Under the pieces are notes generated by a model. That model saw only the letters and a list, made by a program, of their open reading frames with translations, had not been told where the DNA came from and ran no database searches. A program made the translations under genes and the position numbers. This document shows positions 48,082-57,452 of a DNA stretch of 64,000 nt, in pieces. How positions within the stretch are numbered: the stretch's first letter is position 1; every line of letters starts with the position of its first letter. Origin of the DNA: an uncultured archaeon (lineage in GTDB: Archaea; Thermoproteota; EX4484-205; JAAOZP01); NCBI GenBank assembly GCA_938045545.1, contig CALIBN010000006.1:1-64000 (forward strand), in the 5' to 3' direction.

Positions 48082-50424
48082 TTGAGAGTGAAGCTTTGGC
48101 TTCTAGATTTGAACCAGGAGTTCCTCTCAGGTAAAGATGCTGTTTTCCTATGGGGTATCTCTAATGCTGGAAAAAGAGTGCTGCTGGTAGATGATAGTGT
48201 TGAAAGCTTTTTCTTCCTGAAGCCTTTAAACGGTGTTGACGCTGATGAAGCGGTTAGAGCGGCTTTTCCGGAGGGTAGGAGGTATGGCGTCACCAGGATG
48301 GAGGTGTGCGACAAGCTGGTTCTCGGAAAACCCGTTAGGGTTGTTAAAGTATGCGTCGACAGGTCTGACAATGTTGAGAAAGCAGCCGGGAGGCTTGAAA
48401 AGCTTAAGCTGTTCGAGAAGGCTTTCGAAAGTGACCTTAGGCTTTCGACAAGGTATTTGCTTGAGAAAAACCTTACTCCATCCTCTTGGTTTGAGGCAGA
48501 GGTTGAGATAAACCCTTTTCTACCTTCCATTCCTAACGTAGAAGCCTTCAAGGTTAACGCGGTCAGACCATTAGAGGAGGAGAAACCCCCGGAGCTCCGA
48601 GTAATGGCTGTGCATCTTCTCAAAGTGGGTGGAAAAGGCTCTCCTAAGCCGGAGTACGATCCTATTGTTGCAATATCCACTTACGATGGGAAGGAGCTGA
48701 AACAGTTTAGGTTTGACGGTGAAACAGACAGGTTTTTAATAGAAGGCTTTCTGGATCAAGTGAAAAAGTTTGATCCAGATGTTATAGTGGGGTATGGAAT
48801 AACTGAGGACTGGAGTTATCTGGCGGAGAGATGCAAGAGGGTTGACGTTCAGCTGGAGGTTGGACGGAACTACGCTAAGCCGCATACGAGTGTTTTCGGG
48901 CATGTTTCAGTAACCGGCAGGATTAGCATCGATCTTTTCCATAATGCTCGAGAAAACCCTCAGTTGACTGAATATACGTTGGACGAGTATGCTGAATCCC
49001 TCGGCTTTAGAGTTGGCCAAAGGATTCCTGAGCATAAATACTCCGAGTATTTGTCAAGCTCTTCAGAGGCGGAGAAGCTTTTCAAACAATCAGAGGAGTA
49101 TGCGAGGCTGTTGCACAGGATTTGGATGATGCTCGGCGATTTCGCAATACAGCTTTCCCAGATCACCGGGCTGCCTATGGACCATGTTTTCACAGCCTCC
49201 TCGGGGCATAGGGCTGAGGCATACTTGATCAGGGAGGCCTATTCTTTGGGAGAGTTAATACCCCCAAGGGTTGAAAAACCATATGTTCCTTACGCAGGCG
49301 GCCTGGTTCTACAGCCGCAGGAAGGCGTTTATGAAAACGTCAGCGTGATCGATTTCTCATCGATGTATCCAAACATTATGCTGAAATACAATGTTTCTCC
49401 AGACACATATGTCCCTGAAGGCGAGGAATGCAAGGATTGTTACGTCTCGCCTGAGTCGAAACACAGGTTTAGGAAAGACTATAGAGGAGTCTACACTAGA
49501 ATGCTTCAGAAGCTTCTGGAGGCTCGGAGGAGTGTGAGAAAGAGGCTTGAAAGCGTGGAGGAGGGGAGTGTTGAACACAGGATTCTCGACGCTAGGCAGA
49601 AAGCCCTCAAGATTCTTGCGAACACGCTTTACGGTTACGCCGGCTGGATTGGTGCACGCTGGTATCTGAGGCAGGTTGCTGAATCCGTTGCAGAATGGGG
49701 AAGATACATGATTACAATGGCTATTCAGAAAGCCGGGCAGATGGGGATGAAGATAGTCTATGGGGACACTGACAGCATCTTTGTTATGGACGGTGAGAAG
49801 CTTAAGGAGCTGGTAGGCTGGATTGAAAGTGAGCTTGAAATGGAGGCGCGTGTCGATAAGAAATACAGGAGAATACTTTTCACTGAGGCGAAGAAAAGGT
49901 ATGGCGGTCTTTTAGAGGATGGTGGTCTCGAGGTTGTAGGCTTAGAGGTTGTCAGGGGGGACTGGGCGGAAATCGCTAAGGAGACTCAGCTGGGGGTTTT
50001 GAAAACAATGCTTGAAACAATGGATGTCGGCAAGGCAGTATCCTACGTGAGAAACATTATAGCAGAAACCAGAAGCGGCAGGGTTGAGATGGAGAAGATG
50101 ATCATATGGAAGAGAATGACTAAGCCTCCGGAGGCCTATGAAGTCAGAGCACCGCACGTGTTGGCTGCTCTCGAGCTCTCTAAAAGAGGCTGGAGGATAG
50201 ATGTGGGTGACAAGGTTGGCTACGTTATTGTAAAGGGTTCTTCGAAAATAGGTGAGAGAGCCAAACCATGCCAGCTGGTTGAAAAGAGGGATGTTGACTA
50301 CGAGTATTATGTTAAGAACCAGATAGTTCCGGCAGCCATGAGAATACTTAAAGTGTTTGGAGTAGACGAGCAGAATCTACTGCATGAGTCTAAGAGGGGG
50401 CTCATGGCCTTTGGTGCAGATTAA
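48082..50424 (+). CDS. polB: Family B DNA polymerase (PolB3-like) with apparently inactivated 3'-5' exonuclease
   Basis: DFSSMYP, QKALKILANTLYGY, YGDTDS, KKRYGG and VRGDW are intact. The Exo I position reads AVHLL instead of AFDIE. C-terminal PIP-like KRGLMAF. Confidence 0.93.
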   Translation: MRVKLWLLDLNQEFLSGKDAVFLWGISNAGKRVLLVDDSVESFFFLKPLNGVDADEAVRAAFPEGRRYGVTRMEVCDKLVLGKPVRVVKVCVDRSDNVEKAAGRLEKLKLFEKAFESDLRLSTRYLLEKNLTPSSWFEAEVEINPFLPSIPNVEAFKVNAVRPLEEEKPPELRVMAVHLLKVGGKGSPKPEYDPIVAISTYDGKELKQFRFDGETDRFLIEGFLDQVKKFDPDVIVGYGITEDWSYLAERCKRVDVQLEVGRNYAKPHTSVFGHVSVTGRISIDLFHNARENPQLTEYTLDEYAESLGFRVGQRIPEHKYSEYLSSSSEAEKLFKQSEEYARLLHRIWMMLGDFAIQLSQITGLPMDHVFTASSGHRAEAYLIREAYSLGELIPPRVEKPYVPYAGGLVLQPQEGVYENVSVIDFSSMYPNIMLKYNVSPDTYVPEGEECKDCYVSPESKHRFRKDYRGVYTRMLQKLLEARRSVRKRLESVEEGSVEHRILDARQKALKILANTLYGYAGWIGARWYLRQVAESVAEWGRYMITMAIQKAGQMGMKIVYGDTDSIFVMDGEKLKELVGWIESELEMEARVDKKYRRILFTEAKKRYGGLLEDGGLEVVGLEVVRGDWAEIAKETQLGVLKTMLETMDVGKAVSYVRNIIAETRSGRVEMEKMIIWKRMTKPPEAYEVRAPHVLAALELSKRGWRIDVGDKVGYVIVKGSSKIGERAKPCQLVEKRDVDYEYYVKNQIVPAAMRILKVFGVDEQNLLHESKRGLMAFGAD

Positions 50425-50734
50425 ATCAAAAGCCCGTCTATCCCTATTAATTAATAACTGTTAAGTAAAAATAATAACCCGTTTAAACCCGCCGCGGCAC
50501 GCGCCGAATTGTTTAGTAGAGGAGATAGTTGCAATTTCTAAATGGTTATAAAAATGTTACCTTATGGAATTATGCTTTTTAGGAGGATAAATCGTTTCTC
50601 ACTGAACGAAGGCTAAAACTCTTGCAAGACAACGTCTAGTTAGGTTTTCAAAGAGATAGAGACAAACCATTCTTATTTTCCTGATCGAAACACATAAGAT
50701 TAATGAATCAAACCATCATCTTAGCAACAAGGGA

Positions 50735-51187
50735 ATGTTTGAGAAAGAGTACATAGTAAGGGAGGCTAAAGAAGAAGATTTAGAGACAATAGTGAGGCTT
50801 GAAAAAGCCTCCTTTCCTGAGTATCCTTACCCCTTTAAGGTTTTTGAAGAACTATTGATGCGCTGCCCGAAGTATTTTTTAATAGTAGAATACAAGGGGA
50901 GGATTTCAGGCTATGTTTGTGGAAGGCTTGTTGGAAAAAGCCTGGGGGTAGTCGTGTCTATAGCTGTTGAACCAGAGTTGAGGAGGAGGGGAATCGGCAG
51001 GATTTTGATGCTTGAGCTTGAATCAAGGTTTAGGGAAAACCATGTTAAAACTGTTCGTTTAGAGGTGGGTGTTGATAATGATGCAGCTATTCGGCTTTAC
51101 GAGTCTTTGGGCTATGAGACTGCCGGGTTGAGGAGGAAATACTATCCGGATGGAAGCGACGCATTGGTAATGGTTAAAAATTTATGA
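50735..51187 (+). CDS. rimI: RimI/Ard1-family N-acetyltransferase
   Basis: SIAVEPELRRRGIG, LEV...N..AIRLYESLGY, YYPDGSDA. Confidence 0.9.
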   Translation: MFEKEYIVREAKEEDLETIVRLEKASFPEYPYPFKVFEELLMRCPKYFLIVEYKGRISGYVCGRLVGKSLGVVVSIAVEPELRRRGIGRILMLELESRFRENHVKTVRLEVGVDNDAAIRLYESLGYETAGLRRKYYPDGSDALVMVKNL

Positions 51188-51251
51188 TGAAAATACGAGT
51201 TTCACAATATCAGCTAAAATGTTTATAATATTCGTCTGCGCGGGTTTAACT

Positions 51252-51650
51252 ATGAGGAGCAGGATTGTTAGGACATCGGTCTCTTTGCCTAGGGACCTGA
51301 TAAAAGAGCTGGATAGGTTTGTGGATTCGATTAAATCCGACAGGTCTAAGGTTGTTCAGCAGGCGATAAGGAATTTTCTGAGCATACCGCACAAAGAGGG
51401 TGATGTGGTTTCAGGTTCCCTGATGATAGTCTATAGCCATGATGAACGCGGTTTAGAGGAAGAGCTGACAGATATTCAACATAGGTTCGTCAACTTCATT
51501 ATTTCAAACATTCATATTCATTTAGATGAGCATAGATGCATGCTAACGATATTCGTAAAAGGAAGCTTTAAAGATGTTCAGAGCCTGATTAGAAGTATCA
51601 CAGGGAAGAAGGGCGTGTTAATGGTTAGAGAATCGCTGGTACGGATTTAA
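51252..51650 (+). CDS. nikR: NikR-family nickel-responsive regulator
   Basis: RHH segment RTSVSLP..DRSKVV; TDIQH and HIHLDEHRC Ni ligands. Confidence 0.87.
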   Translation: MRSRIVRTSVSLPRDLIKELDRFVDSIKSDRSKVVQQAIRNFLSIPHKEGDVVSGSLMIVYSHDERGLEEELTDIQHRFVNFIISNIHIHLDEHRCMLTIFVKGSFKDVQSLIRSITGKKGVLMVRESLVRI

Positions 51651-51663
51651 AAACGCTTTGAAA

Positions 51664-52665
51664 TCACTCTGGCAATATTAAAATCCCCATGATTGACGAT
51701 AGGAATATCATATAGAGAACTAATAGGTAGAAGCCTTCTCTTAAGCCAAGGTTGCCCTTGTGCATTAAATACCATAAGAGTATGTTTGCAAGCGTTGAAA
51801 AAGCCACTAGGTCGGAGAAAACCTGGATGTTGAACCTTACTGTGGAGAGTAAAAGCGTTGCCCCCAGTATAAGCGTAATGTTCGTGAAGCAACTTCCTAT
51901 AGCATTGCCGAAGGCGAGATCAACATGTCCCTTCAACATGGCTTGAATGGACAATGACAACTCTGGGGCGTTTGTTCCTACAGCAATGATGGTTGCAGAT
52001 ATTATGGATGCCGGCACTCCGATTATGAGGGCGATTTTTACCGTTGAATTAACTAGAAGGTCTGCACCTACAATAACCCCGATTATACCCATTAATGCCA
52101 ACACCAAGTAAAGTATTAACTTGCTTCCCTCACGATTCTTCGCGATAACGGTCTCAGCGTTTTCCCCTAGAGGAAGTTCTCTCTTTAGAATTATTTGAAA
52201 AGTGTTGAAGGCGTATATAATTATCAGTACTAACCCGACGATTTTGCTAGCGGGCAGGAAGCTTATCAGGAGAATAGGGATAACGGATGCCGTGAATATT
52301 CCAAGGTATAGCAGGTCAAGCTCTTCAGGTTTAAACCCGACGGAGGGAAGTTTCTTGGATCTTGTTCTGAAAGAATATAAGACTAGACCTAATCCTATAA
52401 CCAGGCAAACGTTAGCAACATTAGAGCCTAATATGTTTCCTATAGATACTGGTGCTTCTCCCGATATTGCCGCGAAAAAGGCTACTGCAAGCTCTGGCAG
52501 GGTTGTTGATGTTGCCACTAGGGTGAAACCTATCCTCGACTTCCCTAAGCCGGTTATCTCCGACACTTTCACGATGTTCCTAATGGCTAAATGGCTACCT
52601 ATTACTACCAGTATCAGAGAAAAAACCATGTTTGCAATACTTAACAAAGGTTCGTACCCAATCAT
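51664..52665 (-). CDS. Na+/Ca2+ antiporter (CaCA/YrbG family)
   Basis: TTLPEL..GNILGSNVAN and GTNAPEL..GNAIGS alpha-repeats. Confidence 0.9.
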   Translation of the reverse strand: MIGYEPLLSIANMVFSLILVVIGSHLAIRNIVKVSEITGLGKSRIGFTLVATSTTLPELAVAFFAAISGEAPVSIGNILGSNVANVCLVIGLGLVLYSFRTRSKKLPSVGFKPEELDLLYLGIFTASVIPILLISFLPASKIVGLVLIIIYAFNTFQIILKRELPLGENAETVIAKNREGSKLILYLVLALMGIIGVIVGADLLVNSTVKIALIIGVPASIISATIIAVGTNAPELSLSIQAMLKGHVDLAFGNAIGSCFTNITLILGATLLLSTVRFNIQVFSDLVAFSTLANILLWYLMHKGNLGLREGFYLLVLYMIFLSSIMGILILPE

Positions 52666-52739
52666 CTTCCACTGTCTTGAAACAAGGGTTTAAAAGGTTT
52701 TCCTTCCTTTCAAACATTGGCAGGCAGCGTCAAAAGTAA

Positions 52740-53744
52740 TTAGTGGCTTTCCCAGACGAGTATGACTCCTAAAGCCTTCGTCCTGTCTTTCAACAGTTGC
52801 CCGTAGATTTCTGGCGCATCCTTGTAGGGCACTTTATGAGTTATGAGTTTTGAAACATCCAGCTCCCCGTTTTGAAGCATATCGAAGAAGAGTTCGACAT
52901 GTCTCCTCCTGCTCCAAGGGTTGTTCAGGGTTTCAACCGGCGGATGCGACATGTTGTGTGCACCTATTATGGTGAAGCTGGGAGCGTTACAGTAGTCGTG
53001 GAGGTCAATATACGTTGGGCCTCTCGGGCTGCTTAACACGACGAATCTTCCGAGCCTTCTCAAGCATTTAAACTCTTCAACAATCAGGTTTTGGTTTCCA
53101 GTGACTTCGAAGACTATATCTGCCATCCTCCCCTTGGTCAGTCTTTCAACCTCTGAGGCAACATCCTGCTTCAACGGGTTTATCTTGACGATGTTCCCGG
53201 GAAGGTATTCAAGCCTGTTATCTGAGACGTCGACGACTATAACGGGCATAGCGCCCGCCATCTTGCAAATCCTCGCGGTCAACTGGCCGAGTATCCCGGC
53301 GCCGTAGATTACGACCGATTCTCCGAATGAAAGCTGGCTTCTCCTGACGCCGTTCATAACGATTTCAGCTATCGTGAAGAACGAAGCCTCGTCCATAGAA
53401 ACACCCTGGGGGACGAGCATGATGTCCTTCTGGGAGGCTGAAACATACATAGCGTGGGGCGAGTATGAGGCAACGGTTTTACCTATTAGGCTCCGGTCAG
53501 CATCAGGGCCAGCGTCGACAACCATGCCTATGTTGTCGTAACCTGGGGTAAACGGGTATTTGCCGTAGTTTGCCCAGTACGACTGGGGAGGGAACTCGCC
53601 GCTTAAAATAGTGAGCTCTGTTCCTATGCTGACCAGGCTCCGCTCGGTTCTTATGAGAACCTCGTCCCCCTTGATCCGTGGAATCTCCTTGTCTTCAACG
53701 ATAACGGTTTTAGGCTTGGGAAACACTACCGTAGGGTTGTTCAA
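52740..53744 (-). CDS. Medium-chain dehydrogenase/reductase (SxGTE type)
   Basis: VSIGTE, YPFTPGY, GAGILG, ITHK. Confidence 0.85.
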   Translation of the reverse strand: MNNPTVVFPKPKTVIVEDKEIPRIKGDEVLIRTERSLVSIGTELTILSGEFPPQSYWANYGKYPFTPGYDNIGMVVDAGPDADRSLIGKTVASYSPHAMYVSASQKDIMLVPQGVSMDEASFFTIAEIVMNGVRRSQLSFGESVVIYGAGILGQLTARICKMAGAMPVIVVDVSDNRLEYLPGNIVKINPLKQDVASEVERLTKGRMADIVFEVTGNQNLIVEEFKCLRRLGRFVVLSSPRGPTYIDLHDYCNAPSFTIIGAHNMSHPPVETLNNPWSRRRHVELFFDMLQNGELDVSKLITHKVPYKDAPEIYGQLLKDRTKALGVILVWESH

Positions 53745-53843
53745 CTCGTCTTAAACACTGTCTCCCGGTAAATATTCTTTTCCGTTTAGGCTGCGAGCAG
53801 AATGCGGGGAAAACTTATAAACGTGTCATGGAGCCGGCTCCCC

Positions 53844-55370
53844 ATGGCTTCGAATAAGCTTGACGAAATAACTCTTCCAGACGAGTTCAAAGATTTTTAT
53901 GACGAGGAGGATGGTTTGAAGAGGTTCAGGCTTTTCATAGGGGGGAGATGGGTTAGGCCTGGAAACGGAAGATACTTCAGTGTAAAATCGCCTTCAACCA
54001 GGAGGGTTCTGGCAGAGGCCCCGCTGGGAAGCAGGAATGATGCTCTCCAAGCTATTTCGGAGGCGGATTCTTCAAGGAGTAAAATAAGGAACCTCGCGGC
54101 AATAGACAGGATAGAGATACTGGAGGAGGCGTCCAGCCTAATCGCCAAATATGAGGACTGCTTGATCAGTATTCTAGTGTCTGAGGCTGGTAAACCTTTA
54201 GCATACGCTGAGGGAGAGGTTAAGGCCGCCAGGGAGAGGTTGAGGCTCACGCTGGAGGAGGCGAGAAAGATATATGGGGAATACATTCCTGGGGACTGGG
54301 TCGACGATACTAAGAACAAGTTCGCAATAGTTCTAAGGGAGCCTGTTGGAGTGATTGCCGCCATCACGCCGTTCAACTACCCTCTTTTCTCACCGATAGC
54401 GAAGATTGCTCCCGCGCTTGCCTCCGGGAACTGCGTGGTCCATAAGCCCGCCAGCGACACTCCAATAATGGGGCTCGTCCTAGCCAGGATACTGCAGGCC
54501 GCTGGGCTTCCAGACGGTGTTTTAAACGTCGTAACTGGGCCGGGAGGCGAGGTTGGAGACACTTTTATTTCAGACCCAAGGGTGAGGGCCGTAAGCTTCA
54601 CCGGAAGCACGGAAGTCGGCTCCAAGATACCTGTTAAAGCAGGCTTGAAGAAGCTTCATCTAGAGCTCGGGGGGAAGGCTGCGGCAATAGTTCTTAAGGA
54701 TGCTGACCTTGACCTTGCTGCGGAGAAGATCACGTTAGGCGTCGTGAAGAACTCTGGCCAACGGTGCGACGCCATAAGCCGGGCGCTGGTTGTTAAGGAG
54801 GTTGCCGACGAGCTCGTCAGCAAGCTTGAGGACAGGTTCAGAAGCGTCAAGTTCGGCTATCCTTGGGAGGAGGGTGTTCAAGTCGGACCCTTAATAAACG
54901 AGAGGGCTTTAAACCATGTTGCAAGCCTCGTCGAAGACGCTGTCAGCAGGAACGCCGTCCTGCTGGTGGGAGGGAAAAACCACGGTTTGATCTATGAGCC
55001 TACTCTTCTCGACCACGTGCCGCTTGAAGCCAGGATTGCCTGGGAGGAGACGTTCGGCCCAGTCCTGCCAGTGATAAGGGTTAGGGACGAGCATGAAGCT
55101 GTAGAGGTTGCGAACAGGTCCAACCTGGGTTTAGACTCCGCGGTTTTCACGAACTCGCTGTACAGCATGTGGAGGGTTGCTAAGACTCTGCAAGTCGGCA
55201 GTGTGAGCGTTAACGATGCTCCAGCGCACGGGGTTGGAAACTTCCCGTTCGGCGGTGTGAAGGATTCAGGAATAGGGAGGGAGGGGCTTGGATACAGTAT
55301 TGATGAGTTGACGGTTATAAAAACGGTTTCCGTGAACCTTGCACCATCCGGGCTCTGGAAGGGAAGATAG
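53844..55370 (+). CDS. gapN: Non-phosphorylating glyceraldehyde-3-phosphate dehydrogenase (GAPN) / aldehyde dehydrogenase
   Basis: GEYIPGDW, ITPFNYPLF, FTGSTEVG, LELGG, SGQRCDA, EETFGP, PFGGVKDSG. Confidence 0.82.
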   Translation: MASNKLDEITLPDEFKDFYDEEDGLKRFRLFIGGRWVRPGNGRYFSVKSPSTRRVLAEAPLGSRNDALQAISEADSSRSKIRNLAAIDRIEILEEASSLIAKYEDCLISILVSEAGKPLAYAEGEVKAARERLRLTLEEARKIYGEYIPGDWVDDTKNKFAIVLREPVGVIAAITPFNYPLFSPIAKIAPALASGNCVVHKPASDTPIMGLVLARILQAAGLPDGVLNVVTGPGGEVGDTFISDPRVRAVSFTGSTEVGSKIPVKAGLKKLHLELGGKAAAIVLKDADLDLAAEKITLGVVKNSGQRCDAISRALVVKEVADELVSKLEDRFRSVKFGYPWEEGVQVGPLINERALNHVASLVEDAVSRNAVLLVGGKNHGLIYEPTLLDHVPLEARIAWEETFGPVLPVIRVRDEHEAVEVANRSNLGLDSAVFTNSLYSMWRVAKTLQVGSVSVNDAPAHGVGNFPFGGVKDSGIGREGLGYSIDELTVIKTVSVNLAPSGLWKGR

Positions 55371-55415
55371 TCTTCCAGTCTAAAAATTAATATTTTGAAG
55401 CGTTGCTATAGAAGC

Positions 55416-56381
55416 ATGGCTACAAAGGGGTTGCGAAGGATCCTAGGCTTAGTCTACGGGAGGGAGCTGCTATCCTATGATTTCGGCCCAGGCCACGTGA
55501 TGAATTCAGCTAGGCTTGAGTCCTTTTTCAAAGCCTTAGAGTCGTCTGGGCTGGTTTCAGACAGCAGGATTATTCTGATTAAGCCTAGGATGGCAACCAT
55601 GGAGGAGTTAGCTCTATACCATGACGAGAAGTATATCGAATTCGTGAAGCACATGTCTGCAGAGGGAAAGGGCCTGCTAGACCATGGTGATACTCCCGCC
55701 TTCCCAGGTGTTTTCGAGGCCGCTTCTCTAGTAGTCGGCTCCACGCTTGAAGCGCTGGACGCAGTCATGAGGCGGGACGTTTCATACTCCATGAACCCGA
55801 TGGGAGGATTACACCACGCGAGGCGCGGCAGGGCCGCTGGATTCTGCGTTTTCAACGATGTTGGTGTTTTAATCGAAAAAGCCAGGAGAAAATACGGTGT
55901 TAGGAAAATACTGTACGTTGACTTGGATGCTCACCATGGCGACGGCGTGATGTACGACTACTATTATGACCCGGATCTTTTCATCGTTGACTTCCATGAG
56001 AACGGCCGGTACCTCTACCCGGGAACGGGTTTCGAAGGGGAAACCGGCGGCGGGGAAGCTGCCGGGACTAAGCTGAACCTTCCTTTAAAACCGTGGGCGA
56101 CCGACCGGGATTTCGAGGATAAGATGGAGAGGGCTAAGCAGTTCGTGTCTAAAGCCTCCTTTGAATTGATGGTTTTTCAAGCTGGTGCTGACAGTATTGC
56201 AGGCGACCCTATTACACACCTGAAGCTAAGTGCTCAGGCGCACCTTCAAATTGTTTCTCTTCTTAAAGACCTATCCAGTAAATCAAGCATGTGCCCCCTG
56301 ATCGTGCTGGGCGGCGGAGGATATAATCCGAGTAACACGGCGGAAGTCTGGCTTAAAATAGTTAACGCCCTAATAAAATAA
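55416..56381 (+). CDS. Histone deacetylase / AcuC family protein
   Basis: GGLHHA, GFCVFND, DLDAHHGDG, AGADS..DP, GGGGY. Confidence 0.92.
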   Translation: MATKGLRRILGLVYGRELLSYDFGPGHVMNSARLESFFKALESSGLVSDSRIILIKPRMATMEELALYHDEKYIEFVKHMSAEGKGLLDHGDTPAFPGVFEAASLVVGSTLEALDAVMRRDVSYSMNPMGGLHHARRGRAAGFCVFNDVGVLIEKARRKYGVRKILYVDLDAHHGDGVMYDYYYDPDLFIVDFHENGRYLYPGTGFEGETGGGEAAGTKLNLPLKPWATDRDFEDKMERAKQFVSKASFELMVFQAGADSIAGDPITHLKLSAQAHLQIVSLLKDLSSKSSMCPLIVLGGGGYNPSNTAEVWLKIVNALIK

Positions 56382-56423
56382 CGAGTGTACGAAACACTCC
56401 ATGGAACATAAATTGTTAAATGT

Positions 56424-57353
56424 ATGTGGATAGCGCGGGATGACCGAATGAAGATCGCGGTCTTAGCGGAGCTGCTTGCAGTATTCTTCTGGGCCCTGGG
56501 GAACATATTCGTAGCATATTTAAGCATGTTCTTCGACAACTATACGCAGAACTTTTTCAGGTTTGTCTCAGCCGGCGTGGCGCTACTGGTTTTCTCATTA
56601 TTATTTAAAAAGGAGGCTTATTTAAACTCTTTGAGAAGGCTGAAGACATTTTCAATCCCCATTGCCACCGTCTTCGCCTTCCAAATATTCATCGTGTACG
56701 GGATAGTGTTTACAACGCCAACTGTAGCAATGTTGATAACGCGCCTCAGCATCGTCTTCGTCGACATACTTGCCTTCCTCCTATTCCCGGAGGAGAGAGC
56801 AGCCCTTTCGAAGAAGAGTTTTGCAGCAGGCACTGTAATGTCTTTCATAGGGGTTACAGGGGTTGTCTTAACAGGATCAGGTTTTTCCGAGCCTGGAGGA
56901 ATGTTTCTCGCCGGCGTCGTCTTCCTGCTGCTGGCCTCAATACTCTGGGCGGTTTACACGGTTTCCATGAAGATTGCGCTCAGGGATTCAGACCCGCTTT
57001 CAGCGACGGCCAACATATTCCTGTTCTCAGGAATAATTTATCTCCCCTTCTCAACGCTAACCGGGGGAATATACGAGGTCTTGAAAGCAGAGCCGGCTGT
57101 GAACCTGCTGCTGGCCGTCTCAGGGATTCTCGCGATAGGCTTAGCAAACTTTCTCAACTATTACGCTATACAGAGGTTGGGCGCATCCCTGCCTGCAAAC
57201 CTTCAGATTCTCCTCCCGGTTTTCACCGGCGCGATGTCCATGATAGTGTTCCGTGAAGAAATGCAGCCCCTTAAAATCTTCTTCTCCGTCTTAACCCTGA
57301 TTGGAAGCTGGGTTATAGTTAGAGCTTCAGAGCAAGCCTTTCTGAGAAAATGA
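56424..57353 (+). CDS. DMT/EamA transporter (10 TM)
   Basis: Two EamA-like repeats (FFWAL.., LFPEE, ILWAVY, FREE). Confidence 0.85.
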   Translation: MWIARDDRMKIAVLAELLAVFFWALGNIFVAYLSMFFDNYTQNFFRFVSAGVALLVFSLLFKKEAYLNSLRRLKTFSIPIATVFAFQIFIVYGIVFTTPTVAMLITRLSIVFVDILAFLLFPEERAALSKKSFAAGTVMSFIGVTGVVLTGSGFSEPGGMFLAGVVFLLLASILWAVYTVSMKIALRDSDPLSATANIFLFSGIIYLPFSTLTGGIYEVLKAEPAVNLLLAVSGILAIGLANFLNYYAIQRLGASLPANLQILLPVFTGAMSMIVFREEMQPLKIFFSVLTLIGSWVIVRASEQAFLRK

Positions 57354-57452
57354 ATATTCGGCATAAGCCTCAAACAGCTTGTTTAAACCTGCTCAACATG
57401 CTTGGCTGTTTAAAATAGAAAAATTTATCCATACGGTTTTCTCGCCTAATGC

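Noticed and set aside
6617-56381. TIP49, phosphatase, RimI/Ard1 and HDAC as a eukaryote-like chromatin cluster
   Set aside because: The genes are scattered over 50 kb and each is widespread in archaea.
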